Assembly: GCA_030390025.1 (NCBI GenBank)
Contig: CM059432.1
Coordinates: 36,272,001-36,336,000 of the forward strand
Source: Squalus acanthias
Lineage: Eukaryota
DNA length: 64,000 nt
Reading direction: 5' to 3'
Shown here: positions 1 to 13,086 of the stretch, piece after piece
Numbering within the stretch: position 1 is the first letter of the stretch
Layout of the letters: the number at the start of each line of letters is the position of its first letter
The notes under the pieces: model-generated
What the model saw: only the letters and a program-made list of their open reading frames with translations
The model's database searches: none
Told to the model about the DNA's origin: nothing
Program-made: the position numbers and the translations under genes

Positions 1-456
1 CCTTTTATATATAGTGATCGGTCTACTGTTTAATTCACAAGCTGGACACAGATGAGAAAGTTCATTCAATCTATCCTTACTTGTCCATCAAGAAAATCTA
101 TACAGCCCCCCAATCACAGTATCCAACTATTTCTTAAATGATTCCAGGCTTTTGCCTCCAATACCTTACTCAGAAGTCCATTTAAAATATTGAACACTCA
201 TTGACTGAAGAATATCCCAATATCAGTCCTGAACTTGCATTTCATCGGTTTGATTCTGTGCCTCTTGTCATTCTGTTATGGAGCACACATACAGAATTAT
301 ACATATATAAATTGAATTTATGTATGAAAGATCATCTGTTGTATAGGAAGCCATTTATAAGCAATCTTAATGATACTCAAGAGTTCAATGAAATATGAGA
401 TATATTTTGATGTTGACTTGGAAAGGCAACTATTGAAATTCAAGAGTAGACCATTT

Positions 457-1436
457 ATGTCAGTTGTGGTTCAGCGATAGCACTCTTGCCTCCGAGTCAA
501 AAGGTTGTGGGTTCAAGTCCCACTCCAGAGACTTGAACACGTAGGCCCGTAACTTGTGGTCAGTGGTGAAGCAAAGGCATTTGCCGCTGGCCCCGAAGTA
601 AGCTTCCCACAAAGATCTTGTGATCTCTGTGGTGAGAAGTTTGGCTTTTCTGATGTTCAGTTGAGATCAGCGTAAGTTAATGGGGAATCCCCAACGCGAG
701 TTGCTGTGATGTCAACAAGCTGTCTAAGCAGCCAATCACAATGCAGAATTCTCACAGACCGGGGACCAGGAAGTGAATACGCTCCTTTTATTCTAACTTT
801 TTAAAAATGTTAGAGAGCAAAAAAAGATTGGGGCTCTCACATGGGGAAAAGGTAAACCTGAAATAAAGATTAACAAACTTAATTGTAATTTTTATTAAAA
901 TGGATAAATTTGACACTCCACAAAATTAAAATTCATTTTTCAGGGCCTTAACATTTGTTTAGCAGTCAATACGCTGTTAAAACCCCAGTTACACCTAATC
1001 CAAAAGGGTCTAACTTTTAATGGGGTATTTAACAGCGATATTACCACGGGAAGGCCGAGGTTTGCGCCAGTTTCACTGATTGCCGGCTATGGAGTGGGTC
1101 ACAGCACAGTTAGTGTCAGAGCAGCGAATGACTGACCACAACTTCAGGATTTCCACGTTAGGATGCGCATGCGCTAAATCCTGAAGTTGCAGTCAGTTTT
1201 AAACAGGTAATAACAGCGAACGCTGTTTGTTCGCTGTTACTACCCACTGCAAAATCTGGGCCATAATCTACGCCGACACTTCAGTGCAATACTGAAGGAG
1301 TCTTTTGGATGAGACGTTAAACCGAAGCCCTGTCTGCCCCCTCAGGTGGATATAAAAGATCCCATGGCATTATTTGAAGAAGAGTTTTCCTTGGTGTCCT
1401 GGCCAAGATTTATCCCTCAACCAACATCACTAAAAA
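457..1436 (+). mobile_element. tRNA-headed SINE with Deu-like central domain, split by a MITE at 544-1262
   Basis: Head GTGGTTCAGCGATAGCAC...GGGTTCAAGTCCC (A/B boxes). The body resumes at 1263 with ATAATCTACGCCGACACTTCAGTGCAATACTGA...GGATGAGACGTTAAACCG, collinear with the copy at 20533. Confidence 0.8.
544..1262. mobile_element. Non-autonomous DNA transposon (PIF/Harbinger-like MITE, ~720 bp)
   Basis: Degenerate TIRs GGCCCGTAACTTGTGGT / ACTGCAAAATCTGGGCC; flanking 3-mers GTA/ATA; cleanly interrupts a SINE; internally similar to 35394-36090. Confidence 0.7.
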
Positions 1437-2101
1437 AAATTGATTCTCTGGTTTACAGATAAAACAGATTAACCAATTTAGCTCTAATTTTAAGATTAAA
1501 TGCCAGAACAATATGTTATAATTTCATTAGATGTGTTGAAAGCTGAAGCTTGTAAAAGAACCAGAATTCTTCTGAAATTCTGCTACCTGATCAGACAAAG
1601 ATTCTGTTTCAAACTATCTTTGAGATATGTCATGCTGATACATAAAGGTTTGCAAGAAAGCAAACCTGGCTCTGCCAGAATCCAGGGCCTCAATTCTAAC
1701 TCCCCAACCAATGGGCAGGCAAGGGTTTAAAATTTCAAAAATGTAGCTCCCGCCTCCAACCTGCCGCGTTTCCGTCAGCTGTCATTTTAATGACGGCAAC
1801 TTATCACACTGACAAGGCTCCCGCTGCAGAGAGGAGAGAGCTTCATCAATTAAGATGCATTCTTTGATGCAATTAGAACCCCGATGCGATATTAACTACT
1901 GCTGCACGGATTAACGGAGGGGGACCCTGGCGGGATTGGATCGGGACTGCTTAGTGTGCCGAATGAAAAGGGGCCACGAGGTCAATAAAGCTGCAACATT
2001 CTCAGGTGCTTTTTCACTTTATTGTAGGCCGTGATTTTGTCGTCACTGTTGGAGTTTTGTTGAAATTGAGAATTGTTCCAAAAATGTCAGAAAAGCTGAG
2101 T

Positions 2102-3240
2102 ATGGATGCTGCTTTAGCTGCACTCTATCGGAGTGAGGAAGAGCAGAAACAACAGCAAAGGAATGAAGAAGATAGAGCTGCAGGAGGGTCACAGCGAAGA
2201 CAGCAACTGAGGGGGCATGCATGCAGAAGACCTTACCCACCTCATAGGGTCTACAAACAAAGGTCAGCTCCCTTGACCTGTCTGAGGAGCAGTGCTTCAG
2301 GGGGTTCAGATTGTCATGGTAGGTAGTTGCTGATCTCTGCAATCTCCTGGAAGATCTGCTGCTGGCTTAACGGGCGGCAATGCCATGGCAGTGGCAATGA
2401 AAGTTACCACCGCCCTCAACTTTTAAGCCTCTGGATCCTTTTAGACTGCCAAGGGGGACATATCAGGGGTGTCTCAGTCAGCCACCCACAAGTACATCAG
2501 GCAGGTCACAGATGCTATATTTACCAGGGCCAGCTGATATATTTAATTTCCGACTGATGACAGCAGTCAGACTGAGAGAACTTTAGACTTCGCAGCTCTG
2601 GCTGGCTTTCTGCAAGTGCAGGGTGCGGTTGACTGCACACACATAGCCATCAGGGTACCTTATGACCAGCTAGGATCTTCTGTTAACCGCAAGGGCTTCT
2701 ACTCAATAAATATCCAACTTGTATGTAATCACAAGAAGAGGTTCATGCAAATATGTGCCCGCTACCCAGGGAGTTGTCATGATGCCTTAATTTTAAGGCA
2801 ATCCAATATCCCCCCAATGTTCTAACCTGGGACCAATCTTAGCGAATGGCTGCTTGGGGACAAGGGATATCCCTTCTACCTTGGCTGATGACATCTCTTC
2901 GCAACTCCACCACTCCAAAGCAAAACAGATACAACAGCAGCCACATCACCTCAAGCTGCATAATTAAACAGGCCATCAGAATGCTCGATAAGATTCAGGT
3001 GTCTTGATTGGTCCAGAGGCTCCCTGCAATATTCGCCAGTCAGAATCATTGTGGAATGCTGCGTCCTCCATAACATCGCTTAACAGAGAAGACTGGAGGT
3101 GCAGGAAGAAGAAGGGCAGCATGACTCATCATCTGACAAGGAAGAGGAGAGTGAAGAGAACGCTGGAGGACATGAGGAAGGGCGTGAGGAACATCTTGCA
3201 GCCAGAGATGCAAGGAATGCATAGCTCAGCATTTCACTTA
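2102..3240 (+). pseudogene. Harbinger (HARBI1-like) DDE transposase, disrupted by frameshifts and stops
   Basis: Motifs VQGAVDCTHIAI, NRKGFYSINIQLVCNH and YPGSCHDALIL (ORF 2616-2825), followed by WLLGDKGYP (~2847-2873) and RFRCLD (~2990-3008). Confidence 0.88.
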
Positions 3241-3589
3241 GACACCTCTTTCTCCTACCTCTCCTCTGTGACCAGGCCCCCTTGCACGAAAAATCCTGAA
3301 ACCTTCAGTCCATAGTTTTTGAAGCCTCCATTTTCTCACCTTAAAATCACTGAAGCAAATTCCACATCAACGACATAATGACAAGACAGACACAGAACTT
3401 GCCTTGAAAGCACTGTGCACACTAGTGATAAAAGTGAAATTCAACAAGATGCTGGAACAAAAGTACAAGGGCCCAATGCAGTGAATAAGGTGCATAAAAA
3501 AACAAATAATGACATATTAAGTAATGAAACACCCAAATGTCAACCCTCAGTGATCTTCTTAAACTGATTGCTTCCTAGGTCTACCATTT

Positions 3590-4995
3590 CTACGAGGTGC
3601 AACCCGAGTGCCTTGTGCAGAGCTGGTGATAGGCTGCTATGCATCTTCTTGGGACTGTTGAGATGCTCGCGGCTGGCGACCTCTGAATTCTGGAGCCCGT
3701 GAGGGTCCTGCTACAGATTTCTGCCGGGGCTGTCTGGGGCAGCTGGAATTCAGGCATCATTTCGGGTGTTGGTTGAGGGCGTGGCGAGGGAGGAGACATG
3801 CTGACATCCGGAGAGAGGTTACCATGCACTGTGCCTGTTCCGCCAACCTCCCTCCCTTGGGACTGCGGCTAATCAGTTCTACTGGTCTGTGGGAAAGCAG
3901 ACTGGAGGAGACGAATGATGCCTCGGAAGCCCCGATCTACATTGTGCACCAGCTTCTCGAAGGTGGAACAGACATTGGAGTTCAGAGTCTGTATAGCAGC
4001 TGTGGGAACCTCTATCAAGGCTGCAAAGGCTGGTAATACTGACTCCTGCTGTGAGGGCTCGGCTGCAGTACCCCTGGAGGTGGCCACACATTCCAGTGTA
4101 GATTGCAGAGTGGAAAACCCCTGTGAAAGCACCCCATAGATAGTGGAGTTGGACTCCTCCTTCCTCCCTGACATAGTGGACAGAGTGCCTGGCAGGACTG
4201 CCAACAATATTCCCTCTAATTTTTTTTCCCCATGTGGGCTCTTTAAATTTTCTGCGCGGCTGTGCATGCATGGTATCTCTTCCTGCGCTAGCAGCTGGTA
4301 AGCGGCCTGCGCGGGACCTCACGATCGGTGCGACTGCGCACCTTAGGGGGTACATTGACTGCCAATACCTCACACATTTGTTTTTGTGACTCCAGTATTC
4401 TCCTTTTCATGGCTGGCCCCTGGAGTTCTACATCTCTGACCTGCTGAGCAGATTTGGAGAGGCGGTGCCCTCTGGGCTGAATTCTCCTTGGCTGTTCCTA
4501 CCACCGCTATCTGCTCCTGCTCACTTGTGCTGTGAGACTCACCGGGTGCCAGCCCATCTCTCTTACTAACATGCCCACTAGATGCGCCAGTCTCTGAGCT
4601 AATGCCTGCGAGTTTAACAGTGCGTCCTCAGGATGGATGAGTTCCTCTGAGGAGTCTTCCTTCTCTGCAGACAGGGGCTCTTATTCTTCATGTGAAGGAG
4701 CTGGAGGAAAGAAGAAAGAGTGAAGACTGAGTAATGTATGGTAACAAGAAAAAGTAAATTTGCACATGAAACACTTGACTATACTGGCTGAAGTGCTGGA
4801 AGTCGGCTGAAGGTGCAGTTGGTTGTGGGAAATCAAGGGATCCATAGTTAAATCAGTCAACCTGCTCTGCAGAACCAGCAAACTCACCATCGCCAATTGT
4901 GTTACATGTGCCGCACATCTCCAGTGCTTCCTTCTCCGCCGGGGTCACTTCCGTGGTCCTGGCCCTCTCCCCAGTATTCTGCGCTCTCTTCTTCC
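3590..4995 (-). pseudogene. Harbinger ORF2 (Myb/SANT-like partner protein) C-terminal remnant with an intron at ~4701-4887
   Basis: Convergent with the transposase; KKRAQNTGERART segment; donor GTGAGT at 4887 and acceptor CTTTCCTCCAG at 4701; coiled-coil-like ORF 3869-4267; interrupted by a hAT MITE. The Myb domain itself is not seen. Confidence 0.55.
4205..4357. mobile_element. hAT-type MITE (~153 bp)
   Basis: TIRs CAATATTCCC / GGGTACATTG; perfect 8-bp TSD ACTGCCAA (4197-4204, 4358-4365). Confidence 0.9.
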
Positions 4996-5864
4996 GTAAC
5001 AGGGGTAGGACAGCATTATGAGTGACTAGCAAGGATGTGTGCTTCTTCTGGAGCTCAATGGCCTCCTCCTGTTCCTATGCTAAAATCTCTAGAGTGGGAC
5101 TTGACCTTCTGACTCAAAAGCAAGAGTGCTAGCACTGAGCCAAGCTGATAACTGTCCTAAAGTTGTCTTTCTATTTTTGAACCTATGTCCTTGTCCTCAC
5201 CAACCTCCAAAGACTGCCACCACCCATAGAAGTACTGTCCAGCGTGACTTGGCATCTTCAATGGGGGAATGGGGTGAGGAACAGGATGCTAAGATTTACA
5301 GACTTGTTTCAGAGTTGTGAAAATGTGGAATGCAAGTTGCAGCATTATGGTGTCATGGACAAATGGGAAGAAATATCTTGTTATTTTTAAATAAATACTT
5401 ACTATACTGCTTATAATAAGCTTTAATAAATGTTTCTTACTATACTGAATTGGGACGATGGAGTGGCATGAGTCCAATGCCACCGAACAAATACAAGTGC
5501 CACTCTCTGTCTTCAAGAGGAGGGCACCACTAATAGAGAACAAATGGTCCAGTCAAATTAATAATACGTGCAAAGTGTTTAAAAAATAATTCTATTCTAA
5601 TCATTGATGAGGCACACCACATTCTGCAGTGCCCACCAGTTGCAGAAAGTTTTGAACGAAACAGTGGACACCCCATGTTAACGTTCAAAGGTCACCTGGA
5701 TGCACACTAGGGCTTGGAACAAGGGAATGCAGTCAGAGACCCTCCGTATCGATCTTATGCATCCTGGACCTGTGGATGGCAGACTTCCACCAGGAGGTCC
5801 GTGAACCAGGGGGCATAGATTTAAAGTAGTTGGTTGAAGGATTAGAGGGGAGATGAGGAAAACA

Positions 5865-7671
5865 GGGGGCTATAGGGGGAGAGGAGCTAAACACGATCAA
5901 AATCACTAAGGAACTGGTACTCGGTAATGGGACTCAAGGCGGATAAATCACCTGGACCTGATGGCTTACATCCTAGAGTCTTGAAGGAAGTGGCGGTAGG
6001 GATTGTAGATGCATTGGTAATAATTTTTCAAAACTCCCTGGATTCCGCTAAGGTCCCGGCAGACTGGAAAACTGCTAATGTAACACCCTTATTTAAAAAG
6101 GGCAGTAGACAGAAGGCTGGTAACTATAGACCGGTTAGCCTAACATCTGTGGTAGGTAAAATTTTGGAGTCCATTATTAAGGAAACAGTAACAGGACATT
6201 TGGATAATCATAATTTAATAGGACAAAGTCAGCATGGTTTTACGAAGGGGAAGTCATGTTTGACAAATTTGCTGGAGTTCTTTGAGGAAGTAACATATAG
6301 AGTGGATAAAGGGGAACCAGTGGATGTGGTGTATTTAGACTTCCAAAAGGCATTTGACAAGGTGCCACACAAAAGATTATTGCTTAAGGTAAAAAATCAC
6401 GGGATTGGGGGTAATATTCTGGCATGGATAGAGGATTGGCTATCTAACAGAAAGCAAAGAGTTGGGATAAATGGTTCATTCTCAGACTGGCAATCAGTAA
6501 CTAGTGGTGTTCCACAGGGGTCAGTGCTGGGTCCCCAACTCTTTACAATCTATATTAATGATTTGGAGGAAGGGACCAAGTGTAACATATCAAAATTTGC
6601 AGATGATACAAAGATGGGAGGGAAAGTAGTGAGTGAGGAGGACATAAAAAACTTGCAAGGGGACATAGACAGGCTAAGTAAGTGGGCAGAGATTTGGCAG
6701 ATGGAATACAACACTGGAAAGTGTGAGGTGATGCACTTTGGCAGGAAAAATCCTAGAGCAATTTATTATCTTAATGGCAAGAAACTGGAGAGTACTGAAG
6801 TGCAAAGGGATCTGGGGGTCCTAGTGCACGAAACTCAAAAGGTTAGTATGCAGGTGCAGCAAGTGATTAAGAAGGCAAATGGAATGTTGGCTTTCATTGC
6901 TAGGGGGATAGAATATAAAAATAGGGAGGTATTGCTTCAGTTGTACAAGGTATTGGTGAGACCGCACCTGGAATACTGCATACAGTTTTGGTGTCCTTAC
7001 TTAAGGAAAGACATCCTTGCTCTCGAGGCAGTGCAAAAAAGGTTCACTCGGTTAATCCCGGGGATGAGGGGGTGGTCATATGAGGAGAGGTTGGGTAGAT
7101 TGGGACTCTACTCATTGGAGTTCAGAAGAATGAGAGGCGATCTTATTGAAACATATAAGATTGTGAAGGGGTTGGATCGGGTGGATGCGGGGAGGATGTT
7201 CCCGATGACGGGTGAGACTAGAACTAGGGGACATAGTCTTAGAATAAGGGGCTGCTCTTTCAAAACTGAGATGAGGAGGAACTACTTCACTCAGAGGGTG
7301 GTAGGTCCATGGAATATGCTGCCACAAAAAACTGTAGAAGCTACATCATTAAATAAATTTAAAACAGAAATAGACAGTTTCCTAGAAGTAAAGGGCATTA
7401 AGGGTTACGGGGAGCGGGCAGGAATTTGGACATGAGTCTAGGTTCGGATCGGTCATGGCCCTGTGGGTAGTGGAGCGGGCCCAGGGACTGTGTAGCCTGA
7501 TTCTGCTCCTATTTCGTGTGTGCAATTCTGTTAGATGCAGGAGATGGTTCTGTGATAGATAGTAGATTGGCGGTTAGGATCAGATCAGCCATGATCTTAT
7601 TGAATGGCGGAGCAGGCTCGAGGGGCCGATTGGCCTACTCCTGCTCCTATTTCTTATGTTCTTATGTTCTT
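5865..7671 (+). mobile_element. Young 5'-truncated CR1 LINE
   Basis: TSD AAAACA (5859-5864, 7672-7677); (TTCTTATG)n tail; uninterrupted RT ORF. Confidence 0.95.
5927..7435 (+). CDS. CR1 ORF2 reverse transcriptase and C-terminus (502 aa; endonuclease lost by 5' truncation)
   Basis: [46 protein letters not shown] and SKFADD; no stops. Confidence 0.9.
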   Translation: MGLKADKSPGPDGLHPRVLKEVAVGIVDALVIIFQNSLDSAKVPADWKTANVTPLFKKGSRQKAGNYRPVSLTSVVGKILESIIKETVTGHLDNHNLIGQSQHGFTKGKSCLTNLLEFFEEVTYRVDKGEPVDVVYLDFQKAFDKVPHKRLLLKVKNHGIGGNILAWIEDWLSNRKQRVGINGSFSDWQSVTSGVPQGSVLGPQLFTIYINDLEEGTKCNISKFADDTKMGGKVVSEEDIKNLQGDIDRLSKWAEIWQMEYNTGKCEVMHFGRKNPRAIYYLNGKKLESTEVQRDLGVLVHETQKVSMQVQQVIKKANGMLAFIARGIEYKNREVLLQLYKVLVRPHLEYCIQFWCPYLRKDILALEAVQKRFTRLIPGMRGWSYEERLGRLGLYSLEFRRMRGDLIETYKIVKGLDRVDAGRMFPMTGETRTRGHSLRIRGCSFKTEMRRNYFTQRVVGPWNMLPQKTVEATSLNKFKTEIDSFLEVKGIKGYGERAGIWT

Positions 7672-8589
7672 AAAACATGTTTCACCCAGAGGGTGGTGGG
7701 GGGTCTGGAACTCACTGCCCGAAAGGGTGGTAGAGGCAGAAACCCTCATCACATTTAAAAAGTACTTGGTTGTGCACTTGAAGAGCTGCAACCTACAGGG
7801 CTACGGACCTAGTGCTGGAAGGTGGGATTAGGCTGGGTAGCTCTTTTCCGACCGGCACGGACACGATGGGCCGAATGGCCTCCTTCTGTGTCGTAATTTT
7901 TCCATGATTCTATGATCTGTTCCTCCCTGCGCACCATGTGACCAAAGACAACAACTGTGTAAAGTGCGGCCAGAAGAAGCAGCCTCTTCAGAAAACAACT
8001 TGCATTTATATAGAGCCTTTAACGTAGTAAAACGTCCCAAGGCGCTTCACAGGAGCATTATCAAACAAAATTTGACACCAAGCTACATAAGGAGATATTA
8101 GGGCAGAAGAGCTAAGTTTTAAGGAGCGTCTTAAAGAAGGAAAGAGAGGTAGAGAGGCGGAGAGGTTTAGGGAGAGAATTCCAGAGCTTCGGGCCTAGGC
8201 AGCTGAAGGCAATGGTAGAGCAATAAAAATCAGGGATGCGCAAGAGGCCAGAATTGGAGGAGTACAGATATCTCCGGGGGTGGGGGGGTTGTAGGGCTGG
8301 AGGAGGTTGCAGAGATAGGGAGAGGCTGAAAATTTTAAAATCAAGACATTGCTTAAACAGGAGCCAAGCTGCAGGTCAGCGAATACAGGGGTCATGGGTG
8401 AACGGGTCTTGGTGCGAGTTAGGAAACAGGCAGCAGAATTTTGGATAAGCGCAAGTTTATGGAAAGTGGAAGATGGGAGGCTGGCCAGGACTGCGTTGGA
8501 ATAGTCAAGCCTATAGGTAACAAAGGCATGGATAAGGGTTTCAGCAGCGGAGGAGATGAGGGAGGGGTGGAGTCGGGCGATGCTACGGA

Positions 8590-9855
8590 TTTGTTAAAGG
8601 TAAATCGTGTTTAACTAACCTAATTGAGTTTTTTGATGAGGTAACAGAGAGGGTTGATGAGGGCAATGCGGTTGATGTGGTGTACATGAACTTCCAAAAG
8701 GTGTTTGATAAAGTACCACATAATAGGCTTGCCAGCATAGTTGAAGCCCATGGAATAAAAGGGACAGTGGCAGCATGGATACGAAATTCGCTAAGTGACA
8801 GGAAACAGAAAGTAGCGGTGAACGGTTGTTTATCAGACTGGAGGAAGGTACACAGTGGGGTTCCCCAGGAGTCAGTACTAGGACCACTGCTTTTCTTGAT
8901 ATATATTAATGACTTAGATTTGGGTGTACAGGACACAATTTCAAAATTTACAGATGACACAAAACTTGGAAGTATAGTGAACAGTGAGGAGGATAGTGAT
9001 AGACTTCAAGAGGACAGACGGGCTGGTGGAATGGGCGGACACATGGCAGATGAAATTTAACGCAGAAAAGTACGAAGTGATACATTTTGGTAGGAAGAAC
9101 GAGGAGAGGCAATATAAACTAAAGGGTACAATCCTAAAGGGGGTGCATGAACAGAGAGTCCTGGGGGTATATGTGCACAAATCGTTGAAGGTGGCAGGGC
9201 AGGTTGAGAAAGCAGTTAAAAAAGCATAAGGGATCCTGGGCTTCATAAATAGAGGCATAGAGTTCAAAAGCAAGGAAGTTATGATGAACTTTTGTAAAAC
9301 ACTGGTTCGGCCTCAACTGGAGTATTGTGTCCAATTCTGGGCACGACACTTTAGGAAGGAAGTGAAGGCCTTCGAGAGGGTGCAGAAAAGATTTACAAGA
9401 ATGGTTCCAGGGATGAGGGACTTCAGTTTTGTGGATAGACTGGAGAAGCTGGGGTTGTTCTCCTTAGAGCAGAGAAGGTTGAGAGGAGATTTGATAGAGG
9501 TGTTCAAAATCATGAGGGGTCTAGACATAGTAGATAGAAAGAAACTGTTCCTATTGGCAGAAGGGTTGAGAACCAGAGGACACAGGTTCAAGGAGATTGG
9601 CAGAAGAACCAAAGGCGACATGAGGAAAAACTTTTTTACGCAGCGATCTGGCATGCTCTGCCTGAAACGTGGTGGAGGCAGATTCAATTGTGGCTTTCAA
9701 AAGGGAATTGGATAAGTACCTGAAGGAAAAAAATTTGCAGGGCTACAGAGAAAGGGCAGGGGAGTGGGACTAGTTGAAGTGCTCTTGCAGAGAGCTGGCA
9801 CGGGCTCGACAGGCAGAATTGCCTCCTTCTGTGCTGTAACCATTCCATGATTCTA
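8590..9855 (+). mobile_element. 5'-truncated, decayed CR1 LINE
   Basis: RT fragments FQKVFDKVPH, GVPQESVLGP and [11 protein letters not shown]; tail CCATGATTCTA. Confidence 0.92.
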
Positions 9856-10238
9856 GGTGGAAATAGGCGGTCTTAGTGATGGCATGGATATGTGGTCAGA
9901 AGCTCATCTCGGGGTCAAATACGAGACCAAGGTTGAAACAGTTTGGTTCAGCCTCAGACAGTTGCCAGAGAGAGGGATGGAGTCGATGGCTAGGGAACGA
10001 GATTTGTGGCGGGGACCAAAGTCAATGGCTTCCGTCTTCCCAATATTTAGTTGGAGGAAATTTCTGCTCATCGAGTACTGGATGTCGGACCAATTGAGAA
10101 AGGTGGTGGCGAGGTAGAGCTGGATGTCGTCAGCATACATGTGGAACCTAGAAACATAGAAGATAGGAGCAGGAGTAGGCCATTCGGCCCCTCGAGCCTG
10201 CTCCGCTATTTAATGAGATCATGGCTGATCATCCAAAT

Positions 10239-12900
10239 TCAGTACCCTGTCCCTGCTTTCTCCCCATATCCCTTGATCCCTTTAGCCTTAAGAAATATAT
10301 CTAACTCCTTCTTGAATATATTTAATGAATTGGCCTCAACTGCCTTTTGTGGTAGAGAATTCCACAGGTTCACCACTCTCTGGGTGAAGAAATTCCTCAT
10401 CTCTGTCCTAAATGGCTTACCCCTTATCTTTAGACTGTGACCCCTGGTTCTGGACTCGCCCGCCATCGGGAACATCCTTCCTGCACCTAGTCTGTCTAGT
10501 CCTGTTAGAATTTTATAAGTTTCAATGAGATCCCCTCTCATTCTTCGAAACTCCAGCGAATATAAGCCCAATCGACCCAATCTCTCCTCATACGTCATTC
10601 CTGCCATCCCAGGCATCAGTCTGGTGAATCTTCGCTGCACTCCCTCCATGGCAAGAACATCCTTCCTCAGATAAGGCGACCAAAACTGCACACAATACTC
10701 AAGGTGTGGTCTTACCAAGGGCCTGTACAACTGTAGCAAGACATCCTTGCTCCTGTACTCAAATCCTCTCGCTATGAAGGCCAACATACCATTTGCCTTC
10801 TTAACCGCCTGCTGCACCTGCATGCTTACCTTCAGCGACTGGTGCACAAGGACACCCAGGTCTCGTTGCACTTCCCCTTCTCCCAATCTATTGCCGCTCA
10901 GATAATAATCTGCCTTCCTGTTTTTGCGACCAAAGTGGATAACCTCGCATTTATCCACATTATACTGCATCTGCCTAATCACCCAACCTGTCCAAATCAT
11001 ACTGGAGTTTCTCGGCATCCTCCTCACAGCACACACGCCCACCCAGCTTTGTGTCGTCTGCAAACTTGGAGATATTACATCTAGTTCCCTCGTCTAGATC
11101 ATCAATATATATTGTGAATAGCTGGGGTCCCAGCACCAATCCCTGCGGTACCCCACTAGTCACTGCCTGCCACTCGGAAAAAGACGCGTTTATTCCAACT
11201 CTTTGCTTCCTGTCTGCCAACCAGTTCTCTATCCAAGTCAGTACCTTACCCCCAATCCCATGTGCTTTAACTTTGCACGCTAATCTCTTATGCGGGACCT
11301 TATCGAAAGCCTTCTGAAAGTCCAAATACACCACATCCACTGGTTCTCCCTTATCTATTCTACCAGTTACATCCTCAAAAAATTCCAGTAGATTAGTCAA
11401 GCACGATTTACCTTTTGTAAATCCATGTTGACTTTGTCCGATCCTGTCACTGTTTTCCAAGTGCTCTGCTATTACATCTTTTATAATGGATTCTAGCATT
11501 TTCCCCACTACCGATGTCAGGCTTACCGGTCTATAATTCCCCGTTTTCTCTCTACCACCTTTTTTAAATAGTGGGGTTACATTAGCTACCCTCCAATCCA
11601 TGGGAACTGTGCCTGAGTCTATAGAATTTTGGAAGATGACCAGCAATGCATCTACTATTTCTAGGGCCACTTCCTTAAGTACCCTAGGATGTAGATTATC
11701 AGGCCCTGGGGATTTATCGGCCTTCAATCCCATCAATTTCCCTAACACCATTTCCCTACAAATACTGATTTCATTCAGTTCCTCCCTCTCATTAGACCCT
11801 ATGTTCCCCGACATCTCTGGGAGGTTATTTGTGTCCTCCTTTGTGAAGACAGAACCAAAGTATGTATTTAATTGGTCAGCCATTTCTTTGTTCCCCATTA
11901 TAAATTCCCCTGATTCTGACTGCAAGGGACCTACGCTTGACTTCACCAATCTTTTTCTCTTCACATATCTATAGAAGCTTTTACAGTCAGTTTTTATGTT
12001 CCCTACAAGCTTACTCTAATACTCTATTTTCCCCCTCTTAATTAATCCTTTTGTCCTCCTTTGCTGAATCCTAAACTGCTCCCAATCCTCAGGTTTGCTG
12101 CTTTTTCTGGCCAATTTATATGTCCTCTCCTTGGATCTTACGCTATCCCTAATTTCCCTTGTTAGCCACGGTTGCACCACCTTTTTGTTTTATTTTTATG
12201 CCAGACAGGGATGAACAAATTCTGTCGTTCATCCATGCGATCTTTAAATGTTTGCCATTGCCTATCCACCGTCAACCCTTTAAGTAACGTTCACCAATCC
12301 ATCCTAGCTAACTCGCGCCTCATACCATCGTAGTTTCCTTTACTTAAATTCAGGACCCTAGTCTCTGAGTCAACTACTTCACTCTCCATCTTAATGAAGA
12401 ATTCTATCATATTATGATCACTCCTCCCCAAGGGGCCTCGCACAACAAGATTGCTAATCTCATTACATAATACCCAGTCTAAGATGGCCTGATCTCTAGT
12501 TGGTTCCTTGACATATTGGTCCAGGAAACCATCCCGTATACACTCTAGGAATTCCTCCTCCACAGTATTGTTACTAATTTGGTTAGCCCAAGCTATATGT
12601 AGATTAAATATTGAATACCCCGGATGTTGAATTCCCAGCCTTGGTCACCCTGGAGCCATGTCTCCATAATTCCAATTATATCATATCCGTTTACATCTAT
12701 TTGCACAGCTAATTCATCCTCGCATTAAGACACAAAGCCTTCAGGCTTGTTTTTTTAACACTCTTAGTCCTTTTAGAATTATTATTTACTGTGGCCCTGT
12801 TTGATTTACACACTTGATTTCTCTGCCTTCCACTTTTGCTTTTCTCCTTCCTGTCTTTTGCTTCTATCCTTGCTTCCCTTTCCTCTATCTCCCTGCACAG
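10239..12900 (-). pseudogene. CR1 ORF2 (partial APE endonuclease plus RT), frameshifted
   Basis: PTRDQAILD and LGRSDHNMI (endonuclease); [12 protein letters not shown] and FADD (RT); split into ORFs 12291-12563, 10975-11964 and 10239-11063. Confidence 0.9.
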
Positions 12901-13086
12901 GTGCGCAACCCCCTGCCATTTTAGTTTAAACCCTCCCCAACAGCACTAGCAAACACTCTCCCTCGGACATCGGTCCCGGGCCTTCCCAAGGTGCAAACCG
13001 TCCAGTTTGTACTGGTCCCACCTCCCTCAGAACCGGTTCCAATGACACAGGAATTTGAATCCCTCCCCCTTGCACCATTCCTCTCG

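Larger units (their letters stand above)
1685..5080. mobile_element. Decayed autonomous-type Harbinger DNA transposon with convergent transposase and ORF2; right end not found
   Basis: Left end GGGCCTCAATTCTAACTCCC; transposase remnants on +, spliced ORF2 remnant on -. Confidence 0.8.
5790..7915 (+). mobile_element. Older CR1 3' fragment, split by the younger CR1 at 5865-7671
   Basis: ...GAGATGAGGAAAACA | TGTTTCACCCAGAGGGTGG... is continuous CR1 ORF2 end; tail CCATGATTCTATGA. Confidence 0.8.

Noticed and set aside
2102..3240. Domesticated HARBI1 host gene
   Set aside because: Multiple frameshifts and stops, and embedded in transposon context.
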